Origin: Utricularia gibba
Taxonomy: Eukaryota; Plantae; Magnoliophyta
Assembly: GCA_002189035.1 (NCBI GenBank)
Contig: NEEC01000012.1
Location: forward strand, 3,100,001 to 3,164,000
DNA length: 64,000 nucleotides
Reading direction: 5' to 3'
Shown: positions 12,344 to 24,937 of the stretch, piece after piece
How the letters are laid out: every line of letters begins with the position of its first letter
Numbering within the stretch: position 1 is the stretch's first letter
Notes under the pieces: model-generated
Database searches by the model: none
Told to the model about the DNA's origin: nothing
The model's input: only the letters and a program-made list of their open reading frames with translations
Translations under genes and position numbers: made by a program

Positions 12344-15300
12344 TTCTCCCCCCTTAAAAAGGTTTCGTCCCGAAACCTTACCTGCAAACAACTCAGGGTG
12401 CTGCAGCCTCATCTGAACTTCTGTCTCCCATGTTGCATCTTCAGGGCCAAGGTTCGCCCACTGAATCTTCAACCATACAATCGGCCTCCCTCTCAAGGTA
12501 GTCACTTTTCTGCCTAAAATACGTAATGGGCGTACCCGATAGGTAAGGTTGTCAGCAATCCCGAATTCATCACCTCGTATCTCCCGCCCTGGGTCTGGTA
12601 TCTGCTTCCTTAGTTGCGATACATGAAAAACATCATGCATCCCTGACAACCCCTTTGGTAAGGCCAACCTATACGCCAACTTGCCAATGCGTTTTGTTAT
12701 CACATACGGTCCGATGAATCGAGGCCCTATCTTGCCAAACTTTGCGCTCCTTGTAAGTCCCCGCTGAGGTGACAGGCGCAAATAGACCTTGTCTCCCACC
12801 TCAAGGTCCATCGGTCGCCGCTTGATGTCCGCCCAGCTCTTCTGTCTGTCCTGTGCAACCTTAAGTCTCTCCTTAATCACCCTTACCTTCTGTTCGGCGT
12901 CCTGGACCAACTCAGGCCCCAATAGTGCTCGCTCCCCCACTTCGTCCCAGTGTAGAGGGGTCCTGCACTTCCTCCCATACAAGGCTTCGTATGGGGACAT
13001 CCCCAAGCTCGATTGGTATCCGTTGTTGTATGCAAACTCCACCAAGTAGATGTGCTCATCCCAATCACCTTGGAACTCCAAAGCACAAGCCCGCAATAAA
13101 TCTTCCACTGTTTGGATCGTCCGCTCAGACTGCCCATCCGTCTGGGGGTGCATCGCAGTGCTCATGTTAAGCTTGCTGCCCAATGCCTCCTGGACCGCCT
13201 GCCACAACTTAGAGGTAAACCTGATATCACGGTCAGAAACAATGCTCATCGGTACCCCGTGCAATCTTACTATCTCTACCATGTACTCCTTAGCCAAACG
13301 ACTGATGCTCCACTTCGAATTAATTGGCAGGAAGTGAGCACTCTTGGTGAGGCGATCCACCACCACCCAGATCGCATCTCTTCCCATGCGGGTCCGAGGC
13401 AACCCTGTCACAAAGTCCATGGTGACCATCTCCCACTTCCACTCAGGAATGCTCAAGGGCTGCAGCAGCCCGCCTGGCTTCTGATGTTCCGCCTTGGTAC
13501 GCTGGCAGATCTGACACTTGCCCACGAATGTGGCAATACTCCGCTTCATCCCTGGCCACCAGAAGCTCCTCTTCAAGTCATGATACATCTTGGTGTTCCC
13601 GGGGTGCATGGTATATCCTGACTCGTGTGCTTCCCTCAGAATGCACTCCCTTAACGTCCCTAGATCAGGCACCCATACTCTCCCATGCACTGTAATCGCC
13701 CCATCTGTCCTGATAGCGAAGGGAGCTCGCCCTTCTCGTGCCATGTCTTGTATTGGGCGTCCACTATCCTCACCCTGCGCCATCTTGATCTCAGCTAATA
13801 GGTCAGACGACGCATGGATGATAGTGGCCAGCATCCCTCCTGTTACAACCTCAATCCCCATCCGTTCCATCTCTGAGCACAACTCCTGAATCGGAACGCT
13901 TCGGCTTAGGCCATCTGCCACAACGTTCGCCTTCCCTGGATGATAATTCACCGTCAAGTCATAGTCCTTAATCAACTCGAGCCACCTACGTTGTCGTAGA
14001 TTGAGTTCCCGCTGAGTGAAGATATACTTCAGACTGTGGTGGTCCGTATAGAGCTCGCACTGCACGCCATAAAGGTAGTGTCGCCATGCCTTCAGAGCAA
14101 AGATAACTGCAGCCAACTCTAAGTCATGCACTGGGTAATTCTTCTCGTGATCCTTCAGTTGTCTGGAGGCATAGGCGATGACCCTATCATCCTGCATCAA
14201 TACCGCCCCAAGACCCTTGCCGCTAGCATCCGTATAGACCACATACCCCTTCCCTTCTTGAGGCAGCGTTAGGACAGGGGCTGTGGTGAGCTCGTCCTTC
14301 AGTCCTGTGAAGCTCTCTTGGCACTGATCCGTCCACATGAATACCTTCCCTTTTTGTAATAGCTCCGTCAGTGGCTGGGCTTTCTGAGAGAAAGACTTGA
14401 TAAACCGTCTGTAGTAGCCAGCAAGCCCCAAGAAACTCCGTACGTCCCCAATGTTCTTGGGTGTTGGCCACGCCACCACCGCCTCCACCTTCTTTGGGTC
14501 CACCTCGACCCCCTTGCCACTGATAACATGTCCAAGGAAGCTAATGTTTGATAGGTAAAACTCACATTTGCTCGCCTTAGCATATAGTTTCTTCTCGCGA
14601 AGCCGCTCCAATACGATCCGCAGATGTTCACCATGGGTGTCTTCGTCTGGGGAGTACACCAGTATGTCATCGATGAAGACGACCACGAAGCTATCAAGAT
14701 AAGGTTGGAAGACCCTGTTCATTAAGTCCATAAAGGCTGCAGGGGCGTTGGTGAGGCCAAAAGGTAGCACCACGAACTCAAAGTGTCCATATCGCGTCCG
14801 GAATGCCGTCTTAGGAATGTCGCCTTCTCGTATCTTCAACTGGTGATAGCCTGACCGTAAGTCAATCTTGGAGAACACCGTTGCCCCCTTCAATTGGTCA
14901 AAGAGATCATCAATCCGTGGTAGTGGGTACCTATTCTTGACTGTCACTTTGTTGATCTCTCGATAATCCACACATAGTCTCAAAGTCCCCTCCTTCTTCT
15001 TAACGAACAGCACCGGGGCGCCCCATGGAGATGTGCTGGGGCGTATGAATCCTTTAGCCTGAAGATCTTCTAGTTGTGCCTTAAGTTCCTTCATCTCTGC
15101 TGGGGCCATACAGTAGGGTGCCCGCGAGATTGGTGCAGCACCTGGGGTTAACTCTATCTCGAACTCAATCTCCCTATCTGGCATTTGACCCGGTAACTCC
15201 TCTGGAAAGACGTCACTGTACTCCTGGATGAGGGCTCGAGCCCTCTCTACTGGTGCACCTTCAGTGTCTTGTTGGGAGACGTAGGCCAACAAATAGCAGC

Positions 15301-16644
15301 CTGTTTCGCTCACCTGCCTTACCACTTCGTGTGACCCTCTGTTGGGGTGGTACTCCCATTTCCGCCCCATACTATCTTCGAGTTCCACCACCCTCTCTGC
15401 ACAACTAATCCGTGCCTTATGCCTTCGTAACCAATCCAGCCCTAGAATGACATCCATTTCCCGAATATCCAGCCCTATCAGTGTCGCTGGGGCCTCCATC
15501 TCGCCCAACTGGATGGTGACCCCGTGATACCGCTTCTTACCAAACAATATCCCACCACCCGGGGTCCTAGCTCTGAATTTTGTTCGCAGTTCCTCCCCAA
15601 CCAAGCCCAACCGTTCCACACATTTCTCCGATACAAACGAATGCGTAGCTCCACAATCGAATAAGGCGATAACTTCAGTATTAAAGAGTTTGATCGTACC
15701 TATGATGGCCTTGTCGTCGCGCTCCGCCTCAGTGCGGTCAAGGTAGTAGACACGCCCAGTGTTGCGGTTGCCCTGTTGCACGCCTTGTCCCTGTTGTGCT
15801 CCTGGCCCCGTCATCCGTGTGGGGCAGTTTCTTGCGAGATGTCCACTCTGCCCACACGCATAGCATACTCCTGCCCGACACTCCCCTGCATGTCTTCTTC
15901 CACACTTTGCACAAATCGGATTGGATTGCCATCCACCTTCCCTTCTTATTTGCTGCACCACTTCGACCTTCCTTTCACCAGTACTCATACGCTTGTTCCG
16001 ACCCTCATCCAATGCTGTCAACTCAGTTTCCACGAGCAAGGCCGACCTTAGTAGTTCCCCATCGTCTCTGCTGCCACTGAGATGAGTCTCTCACGAAGTC
16101 TGGGCAAGAGAGCCTGTCGGAACTTCAGCACCATCAATTGCTCGCCCCCTGCTAACCCGGGCACCACCCGTGCCAGACGCTGATAGCGAGTGTGGAAGTC
16201 GTACACCGTCTCGCCAACACGCTGCCGAATAGCTTCAAACTCCGCCACCTTCTGGGTGATCACCACTGCGGGGTAGTAGCGATCAAGGAACTTCTTGCGG
16301 AAATCCTCCCAGTATACCGACCCATCAGACGTCCCAAGGCTCCTCCACCATCTCGCAGCATCGCCTACTAAGAAATCAGCAGCGATCCGCCCCTGTAGTT
16401 CTCTTGGGGTGTTGTGGATCCTCATATTCTGTTCTAGTTCCATGATCCACGAGTCTGCCTCATCAGGAGTCCCCCCGCTGAATGTAACCATGCGTCCCTT
16501 CTTAAGGCGCAGATAGTGGTTTCTCTCCTCCTCCTCGTAGGTCCTTCCCTGATCTGTGTTGGGTGTACGTGCACCCACTGCAGCCACAATAGCTGCTGCC
16601 AGCTGCTCCATCCCACTAGGTGGAGTCTCCACGTTCCCTGCCAC
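12185..16644 (-). CDS. Gag-Pol polyprotein of copy 1, split by a 1-nt frameshift at about 16057-16060
   Basis: CCHC zinc knuckle, protease ALFDCGA, RT VFIDDIL, RNase H, integrase [21 protein letters not shown], chromodomain [15 protein letters not shown]. The gag ORF (16048-16644) and pol ORF are in different frames; copy 2 is continuous here. Confidence 0.93.
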
Positions 16645-16816
16645 TGAATGCTGCTCTTCGTTGTTCAGTGATGGTGTTCGGTTCTCATTACTTGCACCAT
16701 CCCCAGATGCCTATCACATAACTCAACTTGTTAGCATCATCGTACTTACCTGGGTGTCCCGGTCGTGTGGCGGAGGCTGAAGGAGTGACAGAGTGAACCT
16801 GGCTCTGATACCAAAA

Positions 16817-18106
16817 TGTAACGACCCGAGAAGGGGGCCTAGGAGCCATGGTCGTTACCCCACCCAGAAACGTGGCCTGTCTCCTGGGTGGCTTTGGTTT
16901 GATTCGTTCAACCCACATGAACACGAGATTACCGGGGAATATCTTATTCATAAATACAGCAAAGAGGGTCCAACATAATCCACGAAATCACATCATGAAC
17001 ATAAAGGAAAAGCACGAGCACAACAGCTGCTTCTATTCCCCAGGCTCTCCGGTCCTCCGAGTTCACTCCGTCAGCCCCTCCGCCTCTCCGCCAGTCTCCG
17101 CACGACCAGAACCTTCACCTACACATAAGTTCGTAAGGGGATCAACCTATGCATAGGGTAGACCACACTACCAACCATAAACACATCAGCTTAAGCATGG
17201 CACATATCATCGTAAGCATATCATCAGCACATATCATCGTAAGCATATCATCAGCACATATATCATAAGAGACCCATTGGTCACAAGGGGCGTGCATCCC
17301 GTGATGGCACATCACGTTACCGTCGGGAGGGACACCAGCCACGGTAATCCGTCCCAACCCCGCTCCCTTTGGAGCTCACGGCGATATCTACCCCCAAACT
17401 CACGTTGGGTTGCCGTCGGAGATACCTCGGCGAAGGGTCCGACCCCGCCCCTTCGGGCTCATCAACTTACGGCCCTTCGGCCCTTATTCGTACTTTCCGG
17501 CTCATGCTTCCCCTTACCTTCGTGTGGCTCCTTCCCCTTCTGCCAAATCGTGACCTTCTCCTTCCATATCTCGGCATGGTGGCGCTCCTTCTCTGATTTC
17601 GAATGCCAAACCCGCCACCATGCCAAGCCCTTATATCCTACCTCCTGACTGTTGGGTTTCTGAGCCCTTTCCTCTTCCAACCCTTCACCTTTCGGCCCAG
17701 TATATGAAAGGTCGGCCCTCTTACACTTCTTAGGCCCTTGGGCTCTTCTCCAACACCTCATTGGGCCAATCCACACTAGCCATGTCTCACCTAACACTTG
17801 GGCTCGCGACCACTCTCCGCCCAGCATCCAGCGCGTCACTCACCATCCCTTGGGCACGCATGCTTGCTCGATCGCATAGAGTCCCGTAGCTCAAGTGGGT
17901 CTCTCCCACGAGCACCCTTGGGGATCACCCAAGAGTTCGGTACACCTCTAACAAGAGTTGCACGCCGTGTTCGGATCAGACCGATTCGTTGCGCGCGGAC
18001 CGCCAGGCAGAGGGGTTCCTCGTAGCCACTCTATGCACGTTCCCTTAGCTCCTTCACATGCTGTATCACCATCGAAACGCAACATACTTCTACCCGGGTT
18101 ATGACA
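16817..18106 (-). repeat. 5' LTR of copy 1 (1290 bp, two VNTR units)
   Basis: By eye identical to the 3' LTR except for one 27-bp unit; adjacent to the PBS. Confidence 0.95.
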
Positions 18107-18322
18107 ACCCTAGTCTCATCTGTTCACCAACCCTAGATGAGATCACCCCTCCCCTTCTCGAAAAAAAAAATTCAGTTCTTCTTCTATGTAGGCAAAGAAG
18201 TAGCTGAGTGCATGCGCAAGATAAACTCATGACAAAAGCATCATTTCATTGTCTGCGTAAACACATGCCAAAGACACCAACCGACGTTTTCATCTGTGCG
18301 ACAGAAATGTTGCATGAAAAGA

Positions 18323-19677
18323 TCACAAGCAACCAAGCAGCTTCTTGGGAGCGGATCCAGTAGCAAGATGCTTGGCGGCTACTTCTTCAACTTTGAGAAG
18401 ATCGACACCCCGCTGCGCTTCGACGATGGCACGCTTCTCTTCTGCCGCCTTGCGAACCAGAGCAATCTGGTTCTTAACTTTCTCTACGTAATCAGCTCTC
18501 TTTCTCTCGAGTTGCTCCTGTGTATTCCACAAGGTTTGGCCATTGCTTGTTACAATAAGCAGTGGATGAATGGTGCCACATTTTGTGGGACAACGAGCAA
18601 TTATCTGGATTCTTACTTAGATGTACAATGCACACAACAGGTGAAAGATTACCTCCATTTTCTTGAGCTCGGCCTCTAAAGTTGCTCTCTTGGAATTCTC
18701 CCATACCCCAATTTCAGACAGCTTCTTCTGAGCCCTGTAAGTGGCAAGATTCATTGGGTAACTGTAAAACCGTTCTAAATCTTGACATAACAAGACCACT
18801 TGGTAGATTCTTCGTTCTTGCAACTTTTATTCGACTCACATCCGTTGGTAAGAAGTGCTGTATACCATATCGGAATTTGCAACACATTAATCCCCTTAAA
18901 CTCCTAATCTTTTCCTAATGACCCGCCCCCCCCCCCCCCCCCCCCCCCCCCATGGAAAGTAACTTCAGATGGTGGCATAACTTTATCCGACATTGAATCA
19001 GCAGCAAAAACAGCTCAATTTAATCTGCATTTGTGGGCTTTGAATTCCTGAATGCTCAACTCAAGCACGGGCAGACAACACAAGTACCTGTTTTCAGCCT
19101 TGGATTTCTGACTTTCTTCCCATGCCCGGATGAAACACAGCCTCTTTTGTGTTGCTACTCTTGCAAGCACAGCGCCTGCATGAATGTTTGTGAAATTTGG
19201 GTACCACAACCAACTTGCATTAAGAAAAATAAGCATAACAAAAGGGAAAAGCACAACTGAGCGTTGAACCAAAAAGAAAGACAATTGACTCAACCTCTCT
19301 TTGTGCAGCTTTCTAGTTCTGCCTTGCCGGATTCCTCTACCCTTTCCGGCTCTGTCAAAGTAAACACAAAAAGCTTTAAACCGGATCCTCTACACAGAGC
19401 TATAACCTAGTGTATGAAAATTAGCATGGAGACACGAATTCGCTGTGGATCAAGAAGCAACACAAAGCTGGAGATTCAGTGTAAGGAGGTGGTATATGCA
19501 ATATTGCAACAAACCGCGTTTAGTCTCCGGTATAGATTCCGAGCCGAAGGATTTGTCCTCAACAACTTGGAATTCCTCCACAACGAGCGCCTTCTCCTCA
19601 GAAGCCACCTCCTTCAAAGACTCCGTCGTCGGGACCTCGCCGCAGAGCTCGCCCTTTTTGCTCTCTTCTTCCGCCAT
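18323..19677 (-). CDS. REM: Group 1 remorin, 5 exons
   Basis: MAEEESKK...; FIRAWEESQKSKAENR|AQKKLSEIGVWENSKRATLEAELKKME|EQLERKRADYVEK...ATGSAPKKLLGCL* with the C-terminal anchor. Confidence 0.93.
18926..18951. repeat. C26 homopolymer (G26 on the remorin sense strand) in an intron
   Basis: Read directly from the sequence. Confidence 0.85.
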
Positions 19678-21550
19678 AACAAACCTCCCTTTCCTTGCCT
19701 TGGCTGCACGATTAGAGGAAACGACGCAACACATAAGAGCCCGTTTTACAGTACGAGTTGGCTACAAGGGCGCAATGACTTTGTCCATGCAATGAATGAC
19801 GCTGCCGGCTCACACAAAATAGAAGAAGAACAAGGACAATGACTCGGTAGAATAGTGGCGGTGGGAGCTGGGAGGGGGCTCACCTGCAGCCTGCAGGCTG
19901 CCACACAAGATAATGAATGGCTTAATGGCATTATCAAGGGGCTGTGTTAAGTTGTTCCCTTTGGGAAGCTCCATCATTGTGTCCTCCTGCATGGGCCTGA
20001 AGCTCTCCCCAGTGCAATAATAAGAAGAAGATGATCTGTGTCCCCATAAATGCCATAAATGGAAGCCACTGATTTTGTCTTTCTTTCTGCTTATGGAATC
20101 CCATTTCATATTTTGTGCCCTAAATCCTCTTTGAAATCTGAGATCGAATTAGTTTTCATTTTTTTTTGTGTTTGAATATATTATAATTATATAAAAAAAA
20201 CTTATGAATCAGTTTTATTATTCGATATTAACGAATTATAAAAAAATAAAAATTTTCAAATAAATTTTATTTTTAATATTATGTATACCTAACTTCTAAT
20301 TTATAAAAATTACTTTTCGAAAATTGATTTTCTAGAAACATAATCAAATAAAAACTACTTAAATTTTATTTGGAATAATTGATTCTTTAAAAATAATTTA
20401 AGAATTTTATATATAATATAAAATAAAAAATACGTAGAAAAAACTCTTTGAAATCCACAGAGCTGTCATACTGGGCCTAAGTGGGCCTAAACAGCCAACC
20501 ATAAATGGGCCAACTTGAAACGGATAATACTAATGGGCTAAAATAAGTGCCTTCATATTGGGGTAAAAGCTCAAGTGTATTGGTCCCGGCCCAAATCTAT
20601 GACAAGAATCATTTTCAGAACATGTTTCCCCATATACTGCTTTTGCACAACATTCTACTGTAAAAAAAAAAGTGTAGAGGATACATCATTTAAGGAAAGG
20701 GGCAATAAAAGCGGATGGAGGGGAGACTAATGCAGCAACGTGTATTATTTGTAAGTCCTCAAGAGACAAGTAGGCCTAGCCAAGCACCCCTACTGCTCCT
20801 AGTATAGTGTGGCACACTCCAATGGGCTATAGGAATTGTTGCAAATCCTGACTTAAACACCCCACAGGAATGGTTTGCTTTCCTGCTGTTTTTAGTTTTT
20901 TGGGTGGCAGTCTGTAGTTGAAAATGAAGTAGAACTCAGATTCAGCAACACAGTATTGGTGTGTCTGGTGTGATCTCTCTCTGAAATGGGAGATGGAAGC
21001 TAAGCATCTTTGAAATATTCTCTACAAAATCTTCATTTACTGTTTCAAATCTCTAGGCCAGCCAGACAAAAGTGGCACTGTATGGTCCACTGAGTGCATG
21101 GCTCTGTAGCACTCATGGCTACTGAGATTAGTGTCAAGGTCCCTGGAGACATGTGTGGAAGTAGGTGGGCTTCACCAGCTGAAAAAAAGAAATCTTTGGG
21201 ATGACTTTTACCTCACTGCAGTGTCAAAAGGCAGAACATGGTAGAGAAGAGGGTGTTTTGTCGATTGTTGCTGAATCATGGGTATCCACCCATTCACAAA
21301 GTGGGTTCCTTGTGCTGCACCAGCAGTGGGACCATTGAGAGGTGGGAGACAGGGGTAGGCTTGAGTTGAGATAGGCAGGGGAAAAATGAGGGTCCTTTTA
21401 GGTGCTAGACCAGGCTCTTTTATTCAACTACCAGCACCAATTCGTTCGTTTATTCATTCATTCACACAACAATAAAAGGACTGCACTTCCCATTTCTTCC
21501 AAAGGGACACATGCACCACACCACTGGTCAGCCAGTTCGATCCAGGGAAG

Positions 21551-24274
21551 ATGTTCAGGAAAAATGAGAAGATCAAAGCTGTGTTCAAGATGCAGTTTCG
21601 AGCAACACAGGTGCGCGCATAAACATTACCAAGATGAAGGATAAAGAAAAGATCCCATAAACATTACCAAGATGAAGGTTACAGGGAATGGATTACTCAC
21701 ATATCTTTTGTGTTTCAGGTGCCAGAGCTGAAGGCAAAGAGCCTCATGATTTATCTTGTTCCGTTTGACGTGGGAAGGCCAACTGTGAGATCATCTAAAG
21801 CGCCGATCATTGAAGGAATCTGCTCATGGGAAAATCCTCTATATGAGACTGTCAAGTTAGTGACAAGAGCTGGAAGGATCAGAGAAAAAATTTACTACGT
21901 TGTTGTCACAACAGTTAGTGGCCTGTTCATAAAAATTTTATGCATGAAATGGAATGATGGCTACAATAACAGCATGACTTGGTACTCCACAGGGTTCATC
22001 AAAGCCAGGATTTCTGGGAGAGGTCTCAGTTGATTTTGCAGAACTTGCTGATGCTAACAAACCTGTGAATCTGATCCTACCTCTGCGTAATTCGAAGCTC
22101 GGATCGATATTACATGTTAGTTCTTTCATTGCTGAAAAAGCCCCAGAATTCTCATTTCACCACAGTATGACTGATACAAGATTATTAGCAGGTCACAGTG
22201 CAGAGGGTGGTAGCAGAAGAACCTGATCCAAGGTGAATCATGTTAGTTCTTTTATAGGATGAAAAAACTCCATTCAATGCATCAAATCTGACCTCTTCAT
22301 CTGTGCATTCCTAGGCTTGATGACATCCAGGAACCATCCGGGAATGAATTCCACAACGTTGAAAACCATTTTCACAGCACTAGACAGAAGGATCCATCAA
22401 ATGATGTAAGGTTTCTAGCTGTTAAACCGTTGAATTTAGTTGTTTACTTCCTGATCCATCGACAGCATCCTGCTTTCTGTTTGGATAGAGTGATGAGTTG
22501 AGCGAAATAACACACCTGCATCATGAAGAAAATGGAAACCTTGATCATGCGGAGCCAGAAAATGGCTACTCTGAGACTGCAGCTACAATGAAAGAAACAC
22601 CAAATGAAGTGCTCACAAGGTTGAGAGCTGAAATCAAGATACTAGAAAGAGAGGTGGAGGTTTCAGCTATAGAGATGCAATGCCTTCAAAAGCAAATCAT
22701 GAAGGAAAAAAAGGCTTTTAAGGCTGAATCTGAAGAATGTTATGGCGTTCTGGATTCGAGCAAGAATGAGGGGGAAAACGCTGATGCGAGAGCTTTGCTT
22801 GAGAATGAGCTCCAACAGCAGAAGGTTTTGAATAAAAAGTTGAGGTTCCAGCTACAAGAAATGGAAGATGCTAACTCTGAATATGTTCTTGCAATTGGAG
22901 ATCTCACCAAAAACCTGGATCTGAAGAACACTGAAATATCCCAACTCACAAACAAACTCAGGGGACTGCATAATGGATCGAGGGAAGCAGAAATCATGAA
23001 GCAGATCATTGAGAAGCTGGAGGGTGAAATAAAATTTCTTAGGAATGCAAAAGAAGCAGAAAAAGAAGAAGCATTATGCAATTTAGAGCAAAGTGAAAGA
23101 GAGAGAATTGAAATTGAAAGATGCTACCATGAATTATCTTCTGAGGTGAAGCGTTTCGAGATTCGAGCAGCCAACTTGGAAGCAGAGAACGAAAGGCAGG
23201 CCTTTCAATATACTGAGTCCTTGAGTATTATCAACAAGCTTGAGTTCCTGGTGGATGATCTGCAAAAAGAAATGGAAAATCAGGGTACACTTTACCTACG
23301 GGATTTAGAAACACTGAATGCAGAAAGAGTTGAACTTGAAAGGAGGGCAATACGAGCTGAGCAAGCCTTAAGGAAAACAAGGCGGAGGGATGCTGATAGA
23401 ATCCAGAAACTTCAGCAGGAATTCAAGCATATATATTTGGAAACGTTGAAGACAATTGAGGAACATGAAAAACTAGCAAGACAAGCCAATGTAGATGCCA
23501 GAAATGTGCATAAAGCTAACAAAATACTAGAGGAACTTCTCAACAAAGCAGAAGAAGAGCTTAAAATGTTACACAGCCGATTCAACCAGGATCATGATGT
23601 GGCAGAGGAAAGATCAAAATCCACAAATGAATATACGAAGGAACTAGAGATGCCAGATGTTTGGAAGTTGCAGATAGAAGAACTTGAGAAACAACTGATC
23701 TCAGTAAGGAAGGATGCAGAGAAATTGGCTAAAGAAAATGCCTTAATGAAGTCCCGAATCAACTGGAAGAAGACAAAAGAAGTGAAATTCCATCGACAAC
23801 TGAAGAACCTGCGAGTCAAGAACAATAAAGTTAAAACTCGACTGCTTGAGCTGAAATTAGAGAAAAGTGACCTGAACAAAGGGAGATCGAAATTTGAAGG
23901 TGACTTATGCATGAAGAAGCAGGTAAACCACGTTCAAATAGAATATATTGTTTTTGATCTCGAGTGCCTTTCAGACTATCATTCTCATCTATTTTCATCT
24001 TTCCCAACAGGGTTCCAAGCAAATAGAAGGGGCGGGAAAGCAAGGTATAACTACAAATATGATCTCACAAGAACAGAAGACTTACAAGCTTTTGTTAAGT
24101 GAAGTTGCATTCTTAAGGGAGAGAAACACAAGTATGGAACAAGAGCTTAAAGAAATGCATGAGAGATACTCAGAAATAAGCCTAAAATTTGCTGAGGTCG
24201 AAGGCGAACGACAAAAACTTGTAATGGGCCTTCGTAATCTGAAAAGTGTAAAGAACAGCAACATAAATCAATGA
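21551..24274 (+). CDS. NT-type C2 domain plus coiled-coil ('myosin heavy chain-related') protein
   Basis: MFRKNEKIKAVFKMQFRATQ|VPELK...CSWENPLYETVKL...|GSSKPGFLGEVSVDFAEL; long coiled-coil exon; C-terminal ELKEMHERYSEISLKFAEVEGERQKLVM. Confidence 0.9.
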
Positions 24275-24937
24275 TCAAATGGACTACCATACAATACTAT
24301 ACTATCATCCACTACTTTTTTTTTCAAGAAGAGAAACAGGATCCTCCAATTTATCAGCCAATGTGATCAACTGAAGAAGTCTGATCATTATCAAATCGAG
24401 AGCTTATCAAAGTGAAATTATCTCAATAACAAAATCCCATACTGCGTTCATTTTAAGGACTCTTCTTTTCCATATCATATTCATCTCCTGGGATTTCCCT
24501 CAGCTATCGTGTCTTATTGCAGAAAATGGTTACCCTTTCAAGATCCAATTAATTTTGGCCATCCATCAATTGACAATGCAGTGAACATTCAAGACATACA
24601 AACATTGAAAAGAAAACATTGGATACAAAGAGTGATTGTGGCCAGTAAATTCATTCATGAACTTAGCCGAAACTTTCTAACTCTTGAAACAGATACCTCG
24701 TCCAAATTTCCTATCAATAGAGGAAACTGAGATAAGGTATTCTACGAAGACTTGCATTTCTTTTTTGGTTTCATGGCAAGTCCCGAAATCAGTAAGAACT
24801 AAACAATTAGATTTCAGTAGCTACCGGACAGGATCACATACTAACTTTTGATTCGAGAGATAATATTCACTTGAATGGATTCCATACGCTGTTTCTTGGA
24901 ATCACTTTTCTTCGTTTGAATGTTTTGGTGGATTTAG

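Larger units (their letters stand above)
11027..18106 (-). mobile_element. Full-length Ty3/gypsy chromovirus (Tekay/Del-like) LTR retrotransposon, copy 1
   Basis: TG...CA LTRs at 11027-12343 and 16817-18106; PBS TGGTATCAGAGCC (tRNA-iMet) at 16801-16813; PPT at 12344-12355; gag-PR-RT-RH-INT-chromodomain; flanks ACCCCT and ACCCT form a near-perfect TSD. Confidence 0.97.

Noticed and set aside
16048-16060. Programmed gag/pol frameshift in copy 1
   Set aside because: Copy 2 is in frame at this site with one more C, and Tekay elements use a single ORF.
21618-21678. 23-bp perfect direct repeat in intron 1 of the NT-C2 gene
   Set aside because: Ordinary local duplication with no evident function.
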